From: Candidatus Dormiibacterota bacterium | Lineage (GTDB): Bacteria; Chloroflexota; Dormibacteria; Aeolococcales; Aeolococcaceae | DNA: 64,000 nucleotides | Direction of reading: 5' to 3' | Assembly: GCA_003153505.1 (NCBI GenBank) | Contig: PLZA01000025.1 | Span: forward strand, 4,513-68,512 | Shown: piece after piece, positions 36,587 through 45,579 of the stretch | Layout of the letters: each line of letters opens with the position of its first letter | How positions within the stretch are numbered: the first letter of the stretch is position 1 | Notes under the pieces: model-generated | Told to the model about the DNA's origin: nothing | The model's input: the letters and a program-made list of their open reading frames with translations, nothing else | The model's database searches: none | Position numbers and translations under genes: made by a program

Positions 36587-37036
36587 ATGGGCACCAGGAT
36601 CCGCGTGGCCACCACCATCAGGGCATCCCCCGACACGACGTGGTCGGCGATCGAGAAGCTCGAAACACACGTCAACTGGATGGCGGATGCGGAGTCGATC
36701 GCGTTCACGACGGCGCAACACTCTGGCGTGGGCACCATGTTCGACTGCGTGACCAGGATCGGCCCGATTCGCCTCGTCGACGCAATGTCGATCACCCGGT
36801 GGGTGCAGGGTGAGGCAATGGGTGTCGAACATCGCGGCGTCGTACGCGGTTCCGGCGTCTTCACGCTGCGCGCGATTGGTGACCGGCGCACGCTGTTCTC
36901 CTGGGAGGAGGCGCTGACATTTCCGTGGTGGCTCGGCGGTTCGATTGGTGAGATCGTCGCCCGACCGCTGCTCACTCGGATCTGGCGGGGCAACCTGGTC
37001 CGGCTCAAGCGCATGGTTGAGGAACGTGGCTCGTGA
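36587..37036 (+). CDS. SRPBCC (START/Bet v1/polyketide-cyclase-like) family protein
   Basis: MGTRIRVATTIRASPDTTWSAIEKLETHVNWMADAESIAFT... 149 aa with the typical SRPBCC pattern. Confidence 0.6.
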   Translation: MGTRIRVATTIRASPDTTWSAIEKLETHVNWMADAESIAFTTAQHSGVGTMFDCVTRIGPIRLVDAMSITRWVQGEAMGVEHRGVVRGSGVFTLRAIGDRRTLFSWEEALTFPWWLGGSIGEIVARPLLTRIWRGNLVRLKRMVEERGS

Positions 37037-37286
37037 CCCCGAGTCGCGTGTGCGACCGCGCCGGCGAGCGCCCGGGTGCTGGGTCGAGCGATCTGGACGC
37101 CTGGGTCGGACCGCTGTAACAAGAACGCAACCGCAGGCGGTCCAGATCGGACCGCTCTGGCAAGGCCCTCACGGCTCGCTCCCCTGGAAGTCACAAAACC
37201 GATCACGGGTGATCACAAGGCCTTGAGACGAGCGGGTTTCGCATACGGTCGTGGCGTCTTCGTCTATCAGGTTTGAGAGATCCTTT

Positions 37287-40200
37287 GTGAGCAACACTCA
37301 CCCGCTCCGATCGTCCGGACACGCCCTGGCCCGCCGGCTGCAAACGCCGATGTGCATGGTGACCGTGTTCGCGACGCTATTCGCGCTCCTGCCGGCCGAC
37401 GCACTCGCCGCGGGCTCCACGCTCGAGACGGAGACGTTCGCCAACAACTCCACGGGCGCCGGGCAGTGGTACCTGCCCGCCGGGCGAGGGGGCACCAACG
37501 GAGCGTGCCTGACCGCTGGACCAGTGTCGGCCACCACCTCCATACCGAACTGCCCGTCGCCGCCTGACACCTCAGGGAGTGGCGCGCTCCGGCTGACCAC
37601 CAACGCCGGCAACGCGGTCGGGGCCGCCTTCTACCAGGCGAGCCTGCCGACCACCGAGGGTCTGGACCTCACGCTCGACACCTATCAATACAACGGCACC
37701 GGCGCGGACGGCATCGTCTTCACCCTCGCCGCAGCCAACCCCGCGAGCCCCACGCCGCCCTCGACCACCGGCCCGCTGGGCGGTGACCTGGGCTACGCGG
37801 CGAATACCCAGGGCTCGCCGGGAACAGCCGGGATGCCTTACGGGTACCTCGGCATCGGCCTCGACGTATATGGCAACTACGAGAACACTCCGCTCGCGGG
37901 GGGGTCCGGCTGCACGATCCCCTCGCCGCTTGTGGCCAACAAGGCCTACCCGGAGTCGGTGACGGCACGCGGGCCCGGCAACGGCACCGTGGGCTACTGC
38001 ATCCTCGGCACGACCGCGACCACGTACAACAAGTCGAGCGGCGGCGGCAGCGGCGGCGGCACGATCGGCAATGTCGGCGCCGGCAACACGCTCGACAAGC
38101 AGACCGCGACCTCGCGTGCCGGGGTCTTGGTTCCTGTCGAGATGGCGATCAACCCGTCGGCATCGGCAACGACCACGGCGAGCGGGCTGTCCGTCCCTGC
38201 CAACTCCTGGATCATCGCCTACACGCCACTCGGGACCACCACCCAGCAGACTCTGACCGGTGCCCTTCCCACCACCACCAACAACGCCGCACTGGCGACA
38301 TTCCCGGCGTCGTGGATCAATCCCGCGACCGGGATCCCCTACCAGCTCACCTTCGGTTGGACGGCGTCGACCGGCGGGTCGAATGAGTACCACGAGGTCA
38401 ACCAGCTGGTCGCGACGACGCTGGTGGGCGCGGTCCCTGACCTGTCGATCACCACGTCCGACAACGAGGGCGGACAGATGCTCGCCGGCAACCACGCCAA
38501 CTTCATCCTCGCCCCTGGGGTCGCGGCAAGTGGTGGCACCGAGGCGAACCTGCTGACGGTCACCGACACGCTCCCGGCGGGCATGACCCCCGGTACGGCA
38601 ACGAGCAGCTCGGACTGGGCGTGCACCACCGTGTCCCAGACGGTCACGTGCACGTACACGCCGGGCTCGGCGATCGCGGCCGGCACCTCGCTCCCCAACA
38701 TCACCATTCCGGTGACGCTGTCGTCGGGGTTGAGCGGCAGCGTCACCAACTCCGCGCGCATCTCGTCAACCGACGGGCTGCCCGCGGTGAGCAGCGACAC
38801 GGTGAACGTTTCCTCTTTCACTGCAACCGCTTTGCCCTCTCCGCAGGCATACAGGCAGGCGGTGACGTACACAGCAGCGCTGCCCGCTTCTGCAACCGGT
38901 ACGGTCACCTTCAGCATCGGCGGCACGACGATGTGCACCGCGACACTGCCCGCGCTGAGCTGCAGCGCGACCACTGCGCCCGTCGGCTCGGACACCGTCA
39001 CCGCGACGTACTCGGGTGACTCGAACTTTGCGCCCCAGACGACCACGACACCGCTCACGATCACCAAGGCAACCCCATCCTTCACAGAGTCGGCGGCGCC
39101 GGCGACGATCGTCTTCGGCGCACAGGACACACTCTCCGCCTCCGGTCTTCCCGCCGGCGCAACCGGGACGGTGACCTTCGCTTCTGGCGGGTCGACGTTG
39201 TGCGTCACCACGCTCCCGGCGACGAACTGCCAGACGGCGAGCACCCTTGCGGCAGGGACATACCCGGTCACCGCGACCTATTCCGGTGACGCTAACTACA
39301 CCACCGCAACCGCAACCGGCGCCAGCTTCACCGTGACCAAGGCGAGCACCTCGATGACCGAATCTGCCGCGCCCGCGAGCATCCCGTACGGGACGGCGGA
39401 CACGGTCTCGGTCTCCGGGCTGCCTGCGGGAATCGCCGGCACCGTCACCTTCGCGTCGGGCGGATCAACGCTCTGCGTCGCCACACTGCCTGCCTCGAGC
39501 TGCGCAACGTCCACGACACTGGCTCCGGGCACGTACCCGGTGACCGCGACGTACTCGGGTGACACCAACCACAGCGGCACCACCGCGACCGGTGCGAGCT
39601 TCACGGTCACCAAGGCGAGCGCGTCGATGACCGAGTCCGCAGCGCCGTCCAGCGTTCCCTACGGCACCAGCGACACGCTCTCGGTCTCGGGGTTGCCCGG
39701 TGGCGCCACCGGCAGCGTGACGTTCACCTCGGGTGGGTCAACGCTGTGCACCGCGACGCTTCCCGCAACGAGCTGCGCCACGTCGACGACACTCGCACCA
39801 GGCACGTACCCCGTGACCGCGACCTACTCGGGTGACAGCAACTTCACCGGCACGACCGTGGGTGGGGCGAGCTTCATCGTCACCAAAGCGGACACGTCGA
39901 TGACCGAGTCCGCGTCGCCGCCGTCGATCGGGTTCGGCGCGCAGGACACGCTGTCCGTGGCGGGTTTGCCCGCAGGCGCAACGGGAACTGTCACCTTCAC
40001 CTCGGGCGGATCCACCCTCTGCGTCACCACGCTTCCGGCGGCCAGCTGCCAGACAGCGACGACACTCGCCCCCGGCGCGTACCCGGTGCAGGCGACCTAT
40101 TCGGGTGACAGCAACTACAACGGCACCACCGCAAGCGGTGCGAGCTTCATCGTCACCAAGGCTGATCCGACATTCAGCGAATCCGCGGCACCGTCGAGCG

Positions 40201-41942
40201 TTGCGTACGGCACAGCCGACACGCTGTCCGTGACCGGGCTTCCTGCCGGCGCCACCGGGACGCTGACCTTCACGTCGGGTGGATCGACGCTCTGCGTCAC
40301 CACGCTTCCGGCGACCAGCTGTGACACGTCGTCGACGCTGGACCCGGCGTCCTACCCTGTGACCGCAACCTATTCCGGCGACAGCAACTACAACCCCGCC
40401 ACTGCGACGGGCGCAAGCTTCACCGTCACCAGGGCGGACACCGCGATGACCGAGTCCGCGTCACCCGCATCCATCCCGTACGGATCGCAGGACACCCTGT
40501 CGGTGGCCGGGCTGCCCGTCGACGCGACGGGAACGGTGACCTTCTCCTCGGGCGGCTCCTCGCTCTGCACCGCGACCTTGCCGGCGATTAGTTGCCAGAC
40601 CGCCTCCACGCTCGCCCCGGGCACGTACCCGGTGACCGCGACATACGCCGGCGACAGCCATTACAAGGGCACCGCCGCGGGGGGCGCGAGCTTCAGGGTC
40701 ACCAAGGCCGATCCCCCGTTTACCGAGTCGGCCGCACCCGCGATCATCCCCTACGGCGCCGCTGACACACTGTCCGCGGCCGGACTCCCAGGCGCTGCCA
40801 CCGGCACCGTGACCTTCACATCGGGCGGGCCCACACTCTGCGTCGCCACAATCCCCGCGATCAGCTGCCAGACGTCGATGACGCTCGCTCCGGGCACATA
40901 CCCAGTGATCGCGACGTACTCCGGTGACAGCAACTTCAGCGGCAGCACCGCGACGGGCGCGAGTTTCACTGTGACCCAGGCAGACACGGCAATGACCGAG
41001 TCTGCCTCGCCCGCGAGCATCCCCTTTGGGTCGCAGGACACGCTGTCGGCAGCGGGACTGCCGGGCGACGCGACGGGGACGGTGACCTTCACCTCGGGTG
41101 GATCCACGCTCTGCACCGCCACCCTGCCCGCGATCACGTGCCCGACGGCTGCGACGCTGGTGCCGGGGACGTATCCCGTCACCGCGACCTACTCGGGTGA
41201 CAGCCACTACAACGGCAACACGGCATCTGGCGTGAGCTTCACGGTCACCCGCGACATCGTCGACCTCCTCGAGTCGGCGGCTCCCGCCACGATCGTCTAC
41301 GGCTCGACCGACACCATCTCCGCGCTGGGACTGCCTGCGGGCGCCACCGGGACGGTGACGTTCACGTCCGGCGGCACGACGCTGTGCGTGGCCACGCTCG
41401 CAGCAACGAGTTGCCACACGGTGGCCACGCTGACGCCGGCGACCTACCCAGTGACGGCCGCCTACTCGGGCGACACCTTGAACGCCCCCGCAACCGCAAC
41501 CGGCGCGCAGTTCACGGTCATCAAGGCGGATACGCACATCACGGTCACCGTCTCGCCCGCGTCCACGATCAGAGGACAGACCGTCACGGTGTCGGTCGGC
41601 GGCCTCCCGCCCGGCGTGTTCGGGACGATCACGTTCACCTCCGTTGGCCTGGTGCTCTGCACCGCGACGCTGCCGGCGCTGAGTTGCACCACGACGATCA
41701 ACTTCAACCCCGGCACCTATCCCGTGACCGCCACGTACTCGGGTGATCCCGACTACAACGGATCGACCGCTGGCGGCAGCGGCCAGGATGGTGTGCTCTC
41801 CGTGGTTGAGGGCATCGCTGATCCCTCGACCGGCGCAGGTCCGATGGGCCAGCGGGGCCTGCTCGGTGCGGCGATGGTCATCCTCGGGACCGGCATGATG
41901 GTGGTCTCGCGGGGCCGGCGGCGGCGCAACCGGAAGATCTGA
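37287..41942 (+). CDS. giant secreted cell-surface protein: signal peptide, L-type (legume-like) lectin domain, DUF11 'conserved repeat' domain, 11 tandem 91-aa Ig-like repeats, C-terminal Pro/Gly motif + hydrophobic helix + Arg-rich tail
   Basis: Signal ...RRLQTPMCMVTVFATLFALLPADALAAG. Start ambiguous: GTG 37287 or ATG 37350. Lectin-like GALRLTTNAGNAVGAAFYQASLP...GADGIVFTLA...GYLGIGLDVYGNYEN. DUF11-like LLTVTDTLPAGMTPG...ACTT...TVTCTY. Repeats have consensus FTVTKAdtsMTESAAPasIpYG..DTLSvsGLPagATGTVTFtSGGSTLCvaTLPatSCqTstTLAPGTYPVTATYSGDsNy.gtTAtGAS. Tail IADPSTGAGPMGQRGLLGAAMVILGTGMMVVSRGRRRRNRKI*. Confidence 0.8.
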   Translation: MSNTHPLRSSGHALARRLQTPMCMVTVFATLFALLPADALAAGSTLETETFANNSTGAGQWYLPAGRGGTNGACLTAGPVSATTSIPNCPSPPDTSGSGALRLTTNAGNAVGAAFYQASLPTTEGLDLTLDTYQYNGTGADGIVFTLAAANPASPTPPSTTGPLGGDLGYAANTQGSPGTAGMPYGYLGIGLDVYGNYENTPLAGGSGCTIPSPLVANKAYPESVTARGPGNGTVGYCILGTTATTYNKSSGGGSGGGTIGNVGAGNTLDKQTATSRAGVLVPVEMAINPSASATTTASGLSVPANSWIIAYTPLGTTTQQTLTGALPTTTNNAALATFPASWINPATGIPYQLTFGWTASTGGSNEYHEVNQLVATTLVGAVPDLSITTSDNEGGQMLAGNHANFILAPGVAASGGTEANLLTVTDTLPAGMTPGTATSSSDWACTTVSQTVTCTYTPGSAIAAGTSLPNITIPVTLSSGLSGSVTNSARISSTDGLPAVSSDTVNVSSFTATALPSPQAYRQAVTYTAALPASATGTVTFSIGGTTMCTATLPALSCSATTAPVGSDTVTATYSGDSNFAPQTTTTPLTITKATPSFTESAAPATIVFGAQDTLSASGLPAGATGTVTFASGGSTLCVTTLPATNCQTASTLAAGTYPVTATYSGDANYTTATATGASFTVTKASTSMTESAAPASIPYGTADTVSVSGLPAGIAGTVTFASGGSTLCVATLPASSCATSTTLAPGTYPVTATYSGDTNHSGTTATGASFTVTKASASMTESAAPSSVPYGTSDTLSVSGLPGGATGSVTFTSGGSTLCTATLPATSCATSTTLAPGTYPVTATYSGDSNFTGTTVGGASFIVTKADTSMTESASPPSIGFGAQDTLSVAGLPAGATGTVTFTSGGSTLCVTTLPAASCQTATTLAPGAYPVQATYSGDSNYNGTTASGASFIVTKADPTFSESAAPSSVAYGTADTLSVTGLPAGATGTLTFTSGGSTLCVTTLPATSCDTSSTLDPASYPVTATYSGDSNYNPATATGASFTVTRADTAMTESASPASIPYGSQDTLSVAGLPVDATGTVTFSSGGSSLCTATLPAISCQTASTLAPGTYPVTATYAGDSHYKGTAAGGASFRVTKADPPFTESAAPAIIPYGAADTLSAAGLPGAATGTVTFTSGGPTLCVATIPAISCQTSMTLAPGTYPVIATYSGDSNFSGSTATGASFTVTQADTAMTESASPASIPFGSQDTLSAAGLPGDATGTVTFTSGGSTLCTATLPAITCPTAATLVPGTYPVTATYSGDSHYNGNTASGVSFTVTRDIVDLLESAAPATIVYGSTDTISALGLPAGATGTVTFTSGGTTLCVATLAATSCHTVATLTPATYPVTAAYSGDTLNAPATATGAQFTVIKADTHITVTVSPASTIRGQTVTVSVGGLPPGVFGTITFTSVGLVLCTATLPALSCTTTINFNPGTYPVTATYSGDPDYNGSTAGGSGQDGVLSVVEGIADPSTGAGPMGQRGLLGAAMVILGTGMMVVSRGRRRRNRKI
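38812..41790 (+). repeat. eleven tandem copies of a 273-bp coding repeat (period 91 aa), near-identical at the DNA level
   Basis: Unit starts: accaaggcaacc at 39063 and accaaggcgagc at 39336, a 273-bp spacing. Eleven units by protein alignment. This causes the many long antisense ORFs listed in the six-frame track for 38.3-42.0 kb. Confidence 0.85.
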
Positions 41943-42019
41943 CTCGAGGCGCGGTCCCGAGTCCCGAGATCGGGCGGTCGCAGGCGCCGGTGCGCGTGAG
42001 AGTAGGCTCGTGGGCAGCA

Positions 42020-43120
42020 ATGACCACCGCTGCAACGAGCGTCACCGACCGGAGCCTGCTCCACCGGATGACGCAGACCACGCCCACCTGCCTCTGGAAT
42101 GACTCGGCGTCGATCGAGGAGCTCACGTACGCGATCGAGCAGGGCGCTGTCGGCGCCACGTGCAATCCGGTGATCGCCATGGCGGTGCTTGCGGCTGATA
42201 CGGCCACATGGCGTCCGCGCACGGAAACCCTGATTCGCGAACTGCCCACCGCGACCGAGGACACCATCGCCTGGAGGCTGGTGGAGGAGCTGTCGATCAG
42301 AGCGGCGCGGCTGCTCGAACCGATCTTCGAGGCACAGCACGGGCGCAACGGGCGGCTGTCGATTCAGACCGATCCCCGGTTGTTCCGCGACAGCGATGCG
42401 ATCGTCGAGCAGGCGCTCGCCTTCAACACGCTCGCCCCGAACATGATCGTGAAGATTCCCGTGACCCGCGCCGGAATCGTGGCGATCGAGGAAGCGACAT
42501 ACCAGGGGATCAGCATCAACGCGACCGTCAGCTTCACGCTCCCGCAGTGCATCGCTGTTGCCGAGGCCGTGGAGCGCGGACTCCGGCGCCGCGAGCACGA
42601 GGGCAAGGACATCGCGTCCATGGGTCCGGTGTGCACGATCATGGTCGGCCGTCTTGACGACTGGCTCAAGGCGTCAATGGAGCGGGATGGGATCGCCATC
42701 GATCCCGGGTACCTCGAGTGGGCGGGTGTGGCGGTGTTCAAGAAGGCGTACGCGATCTTTCGCGAGCGTGGCTACCGGATCAGGCTGCTGTCAGCAGCGT
42801 TCCGCAATCACATGCACTGGAGCGAATTCATCGGCGCCGACGCCGTGGTATCCCCGACGTCCGCGTGGCAGAAACGCATCAATGCCAGCGATATCGAGGT
42901 TGTTCCCCGCATTGACAACACGGTCGATCCGAAGGTGGTGGACGAACTGCTCGCGCACTTCGATGACTTCCGCCGCGCGTACGCCGAGGACGGCCTCAGC
43001 GTCGAGGAGTTCGACGGTTTCGGTGCGACGCGGCACACGCTGCGCCAGTTCTGCGCAGCGTGCTGCGACCTGAACGCATTCGTGCGTGATGTGATGATCC
43101 CCGACCCGGGTCGAGGCTAG
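42020..43120 (+). CDS. transaldolase-family protein
   Basis: ...TPTCLWNDSASIEELTYAIEQGAVGATCNPVI...MIVKIPVTRAGIVAIEEATYQGISINATVSFTL... is a transaldolase/F6P-aldolase TIM-barrel signature, including the Schiff-base Lys region (KIPVT). Confidence 0.7.
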   Translation: MTTAATSVTDRSLLHRMTQTTPTCLWNDSASIEELTYAIEQGAVGATCNPVIAMAVLAADTATWRPRTETLIRELPTATEDTIAWRLVEELSIRAARLLEPIFEAQHGRNGRLSIQTDPRLFRDSDAIVEQALAFNTLAPNMIVKIPVTRAGIVAIEEATYQGISINATVSFTLPQCIAVAEAVERGLRRREHEGKDIASMGPVCTIMVGRLDDWLKASMERDGIAIDPGYLEWAGVAVFKKAYAIFRERGYRIRLLSAAFRNHMHWSEFIGADAVVSPTSAWQKRINASDIEVVPRIDNTVDPKVVDELLAHFDDFRRAYAEDGLSVEEFDGFGATRHTLRQFCAACCDLNAFVRDVMIPDPGRG

Positions 43121-43140
43121 GCATCATCGACACGACGTCG

Positions 43141-43908
43141 TTGATCCGCGCGGGCGAGCAGACCACGTACATCTCGCTCGAGCTGATCGCGGCGCACGGT
43201 GGGGAATCGATTGCGCTCGAGGCTGGGAACGAGCGGCTGGCGGTCATCCTGTCCGGGCGTGCGTCGGTCACATTCGACGGACGGGGGTCCGGAACAGCCG
43301 GCGGCCGGGCCGACGTCTTCGACGGCGCGGGTGACGCCATCTACCTCCCGCCGTCATCCTCGGCGGAGCTGGTGCCGACGGGCGATGGCGATGCGACGGC
43401 ATTCCTCGTCGCGGTCGTGGCTGCGCCGGCCGGTTCGCAGCCGCCCGGCCCTGCGCGTGTGATCCCTGCTGCGTCACAGCGCGAGGCCGTGGTGGGACGC
43501 GACAGTTGGGGCCGCACGGTGCGAACCATCCTCGGACCGGACGATCCCGCGTCGCGACTCATCGTCGGCGAAACGGTGCACAACGGCACCGGCACATGGT
43601 CGTCGTTCCCGCCGCACCGGCACGACCGGGAGTCAGCGGATGAGGCGCGGCTCGAGGAGGTCTACTACTACCGCGTGCACCCCAACAATGGCTTCGCTGT
43701 GCAGGTCCGCTACGACACCGACAGCGGGAGCGAGGACCTGCGAATCGTGCGCGATGGGGATGCCGCGGCGATCACGTCGGGCTTCCATCCGGTCGTCGCC
43801 GCGCCAGGTCACGGTCTCTACTATCTCTGGGTGTTGGCTGGGGAAGCGCGAGCGATGCGTGTATACCTCGATCCACGCTATCGGTGGGTCAACGCACCGG
43901 CTCCGTAG
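43141..43908 (+). CDS. iolB: 5-deoxy-glucuronate isomerase
   Basis: ...TWSSFPPHRHDRESADEARLEEVYYYRV... and the overall cupin-like IolB layout. 255 aa. Confidence 0.75.
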   Translation: MIRAGEQTTYISLELIAAHGGESIALEAGNERLAVILSGRASVTFDGRGSGTAGGRADVFDGAGDAIYLPPSSSAELVPTGDGDATAFLVAVVAAPAGSQPPGPARVIPAASQREAVVGRDSWGRTVRTILGPDDPASRLIVGETVHNGTGTWSSFPPHRHDRESADEARLEEVYYYRVHPNNGFAVQVRYDTDSGSEDLRIVRDGDAAAITSGFHPVVAAPGHGLYYLWVLAGEARAMRVYLDPRYRWVNAPAP

Positions 43909-44261
43909 ACGAAGCCGCGACGCATCTGGTGAGCGGATCAGCAACGAGTCGTTGCTGGCCGCGTGGAGATTCGTGCCCGGTGGGACGGGAAGCGGCGATC
44001 CGCGATGGGAGTGGGCGCAATCACGGAGCCGCTACTCCCCATCCACGCGCCGGGACTTTGGGGCGGGTGTCTGCCGGCATCGTGCGGGTGGCGCCGGATC
44101 AGTAAGGCCCGGGCATGACTGTGACCACCTCGAATGGCGCGAGTCTGCCCGCTACCGTACGTACCCGCTGTTGCTGTCTTTATTACGGGCAACGGCACAG
44201 GCTCAGTGAGCATGAGTCCGCCGAGCGCGGATGTCGCGACCAATTATTGAGGAGTAGACAG

Positions 44262-44417
44262 ATGATCTTTCTCGGCATCGTGCTGCTGATAATCGGCTTT
44301 GTTGCAAGTGTCCCAATCTTCTGGACCATCGGCATCGTCCTGGTCTTCATCGGGATCGTCCTCGAGCTCATGGGAATGGCAGGACACGCGGTGGCTGGCC
44401 GACGCCACTACTACTGA
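44262..44417 (+). CDS. small hydrophobic membrane protein (51 aa, two TM helices)
   Basis: MIFLGIVLLIIGFVASVPIFWTIGIVLVFIGIVLELMGMAGHAVAGRRHYY. GAGGAG Shine-Dalgarno 7 nt upstream. A GC hairpin (cccgcc-ctcgc-ggcggg) follows the stop. Confidence 0.55.
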   Translation: MIFLGIVLLIIGFVASVPIFWTIGIVLVFIGIVLELMGMAGHAVAGRRHYY

Positions 44418-44513
44418 GCGGGTCGGCACGCGCCTACTCCCGCCCTCGCGGCGGGTGCCGCGACAAACCTGGCAGGCATCCCACGGCAGAACATCAAGGC
44501 GGCAACGACCACG

Positions 44514-44539
44514 TTGTCACCGACGATCGTCGGTGACAA
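44514..44539. promoter_or_regulatory. 26-bp perfect palindrome TTGTCACCGACGA|TCGTCGGTGACAA ending at the first base of the lipoprotein ATG; candidate operator
   Basis: Verified base by base: positions 44514..44539 are self-complementary with no mismatch. Confidence 0.6.
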
Positions 44540-44973
44540 TGCCTGATATGAAACGACTCGTCCTCCTGGTGGTACTCGGCGGCGGCCTTGCCGCGTGCGG
44601 TGCGACGCCCTCGGTGAGCCCCACCGCCGCCCCCGTGCAATCGTCCATCGCGACACCAACGCCGACCGCCACGCCGAGCTCGAGCCCGACTGCGACGCCG
44701 CCGGCGACGCCCACCCCCTCACCGGCGCCGAGCCCCAAGCTCACCACCACCTGCGCGGTGACCGGAACCGCCCAGGGCGGCAGCGTCTCCTGGACGGGCA
44801 CAGGCGCCTCGTGGCAGCTGCTCATCTCCCCTGGCGGCATCGTGGTGAACCCGACGAACACGAGCGGCGAGTACGGACCCCTCAACGCGGGCACCTACGC
44901 GTATGAGTTCAAGGATGCCGGCGGGAACGAGGTCATGCACGGGCAATTCCAGGTCGCGGCATGCGCCACGTGA
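44539..44973 (+). CDS. lipoprotein with Pro/Thr/Ser-rich linker and Cys-containing C-terminal domain (hypothetical)
   Basis: MPDMKRLVLLVVLGGGLAACG has a lipobox. Low-complexity linker ...TPTPTATPSSSPTATPPATPTPSPAPSPK. C-terminal domain TTCAVTGTAQGGSVSWTGTG...QFQVAACAT. Confidence 0.6.
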   Translation: MPDMKRLVLLVVLGGGLAACGATPSVSPTAAPVQSSIATPTPTATPSSSPTATPPATPTPSPAPSPKLTTTCAVTGTAQGGSVSWTGTGASWQLLISPGGIVVNPTNTSGEYGPLNAGTYAYEFKDAGGNEVMHGQFQVAACAT

Positions 44974-45138
44974 TGATCGATCAGCATCGTTCATGTCCGG
45001 TGCTCGGCGGGGTCCCATCCAGCTGACCTAGGCGATTGGCTCTTCACGGGACCTTTGCCCGGGCAACGCAATGCCCTCCGGCCCTGTTCACCACCAGAGA
45101 CGAGATGGACACTGTGAGCAGGAGGTCCGAACGCAGAG

Positions 45139-45531
45139 ATGATCCGCGCCCGTCTGATGACCGTTCTGGCGCTCGTGGCCGGTGGCCTTGCCGCGTGCAG
45201 TAGCGCTTCGCCGGCCACTCCGACGAACACGGTGTCAATCGGCAGTGCTGGTGTCCATCTCGGTACCCCCGCCGTGGTCGTTGCGGCGACTGATCAGAAC
45301 ACCTTCAACCCCGTGACCGTGACGGTGACCGCCGGCGAGATCGTTGAGTGGAGGGACGACGGTTCGGTCGCTCACAACATCATCTTTGCCGACGACTCGT
45401 CGATCGGGGATCCTGTGATCGATGGTGGCGGCGGTTCGTGGCAGGTGAAATTCACCACCCCGGGCACGTACCAGTACGCGTGCACGATTCACACGGGAAT
45501 GCTCGGCACGGTTGTTGTGACCTCCGGATAG
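45139..45531 (+). CDS. cupredoxin (plastocyanin/azurin-like blue-copper) lipoprotein
   Basis: Lipobox MIRARLMTVLALVAGGLAACS. Type-1 Cu ligands: His in VAHNIIF, then C-x2-H-x4-M in YACTIHTGMLGTV. Confidence 0.75.
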   Translation: MIRARLMTVLALVAGGLAACSSASPATPTNTVSIGSAGVHLGTPAVVVAATDQNTFNPVTVTVTAGEIVEWRDDGSVAHNIIFADDSSIGDPVIDGGGGSWQVKFTTPGTYQYACTIHTGMLGTVVVTSG

Positions 45532-45579
45532 CCACCCAGGCTGGCCGGCGGGTCTCGCCTGGCTCTATGCTGCGCCGTC

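Noticed and set aside
37037-37349. Direct repeats (tcggaccgct x2), an inverted pair (ggaccgc…gcggtcc) and gatcac x2 upstream of the giant adhesin gene
   Set aside because: They are short and imperfect. I could not distinguish them from chance in GC-rich DNA without conservation data. Noted only as a possible regulatory leader.
38339-42035. Many long minus-strand ORFs (38339..39271, 39296..39613, 39824..40030, 40115..40327, 40388..40624, 40461..42035, 40751..41182, 41462..41716) antisense to the giant adhesin gene
   Set aside because: They are mirror-image artefacts of the 273-bp tandem repeat in a high-GC gene. The same pseudo-protein (…VTVPVAPAG…DSVS…) recurs in each, and none has independent support.
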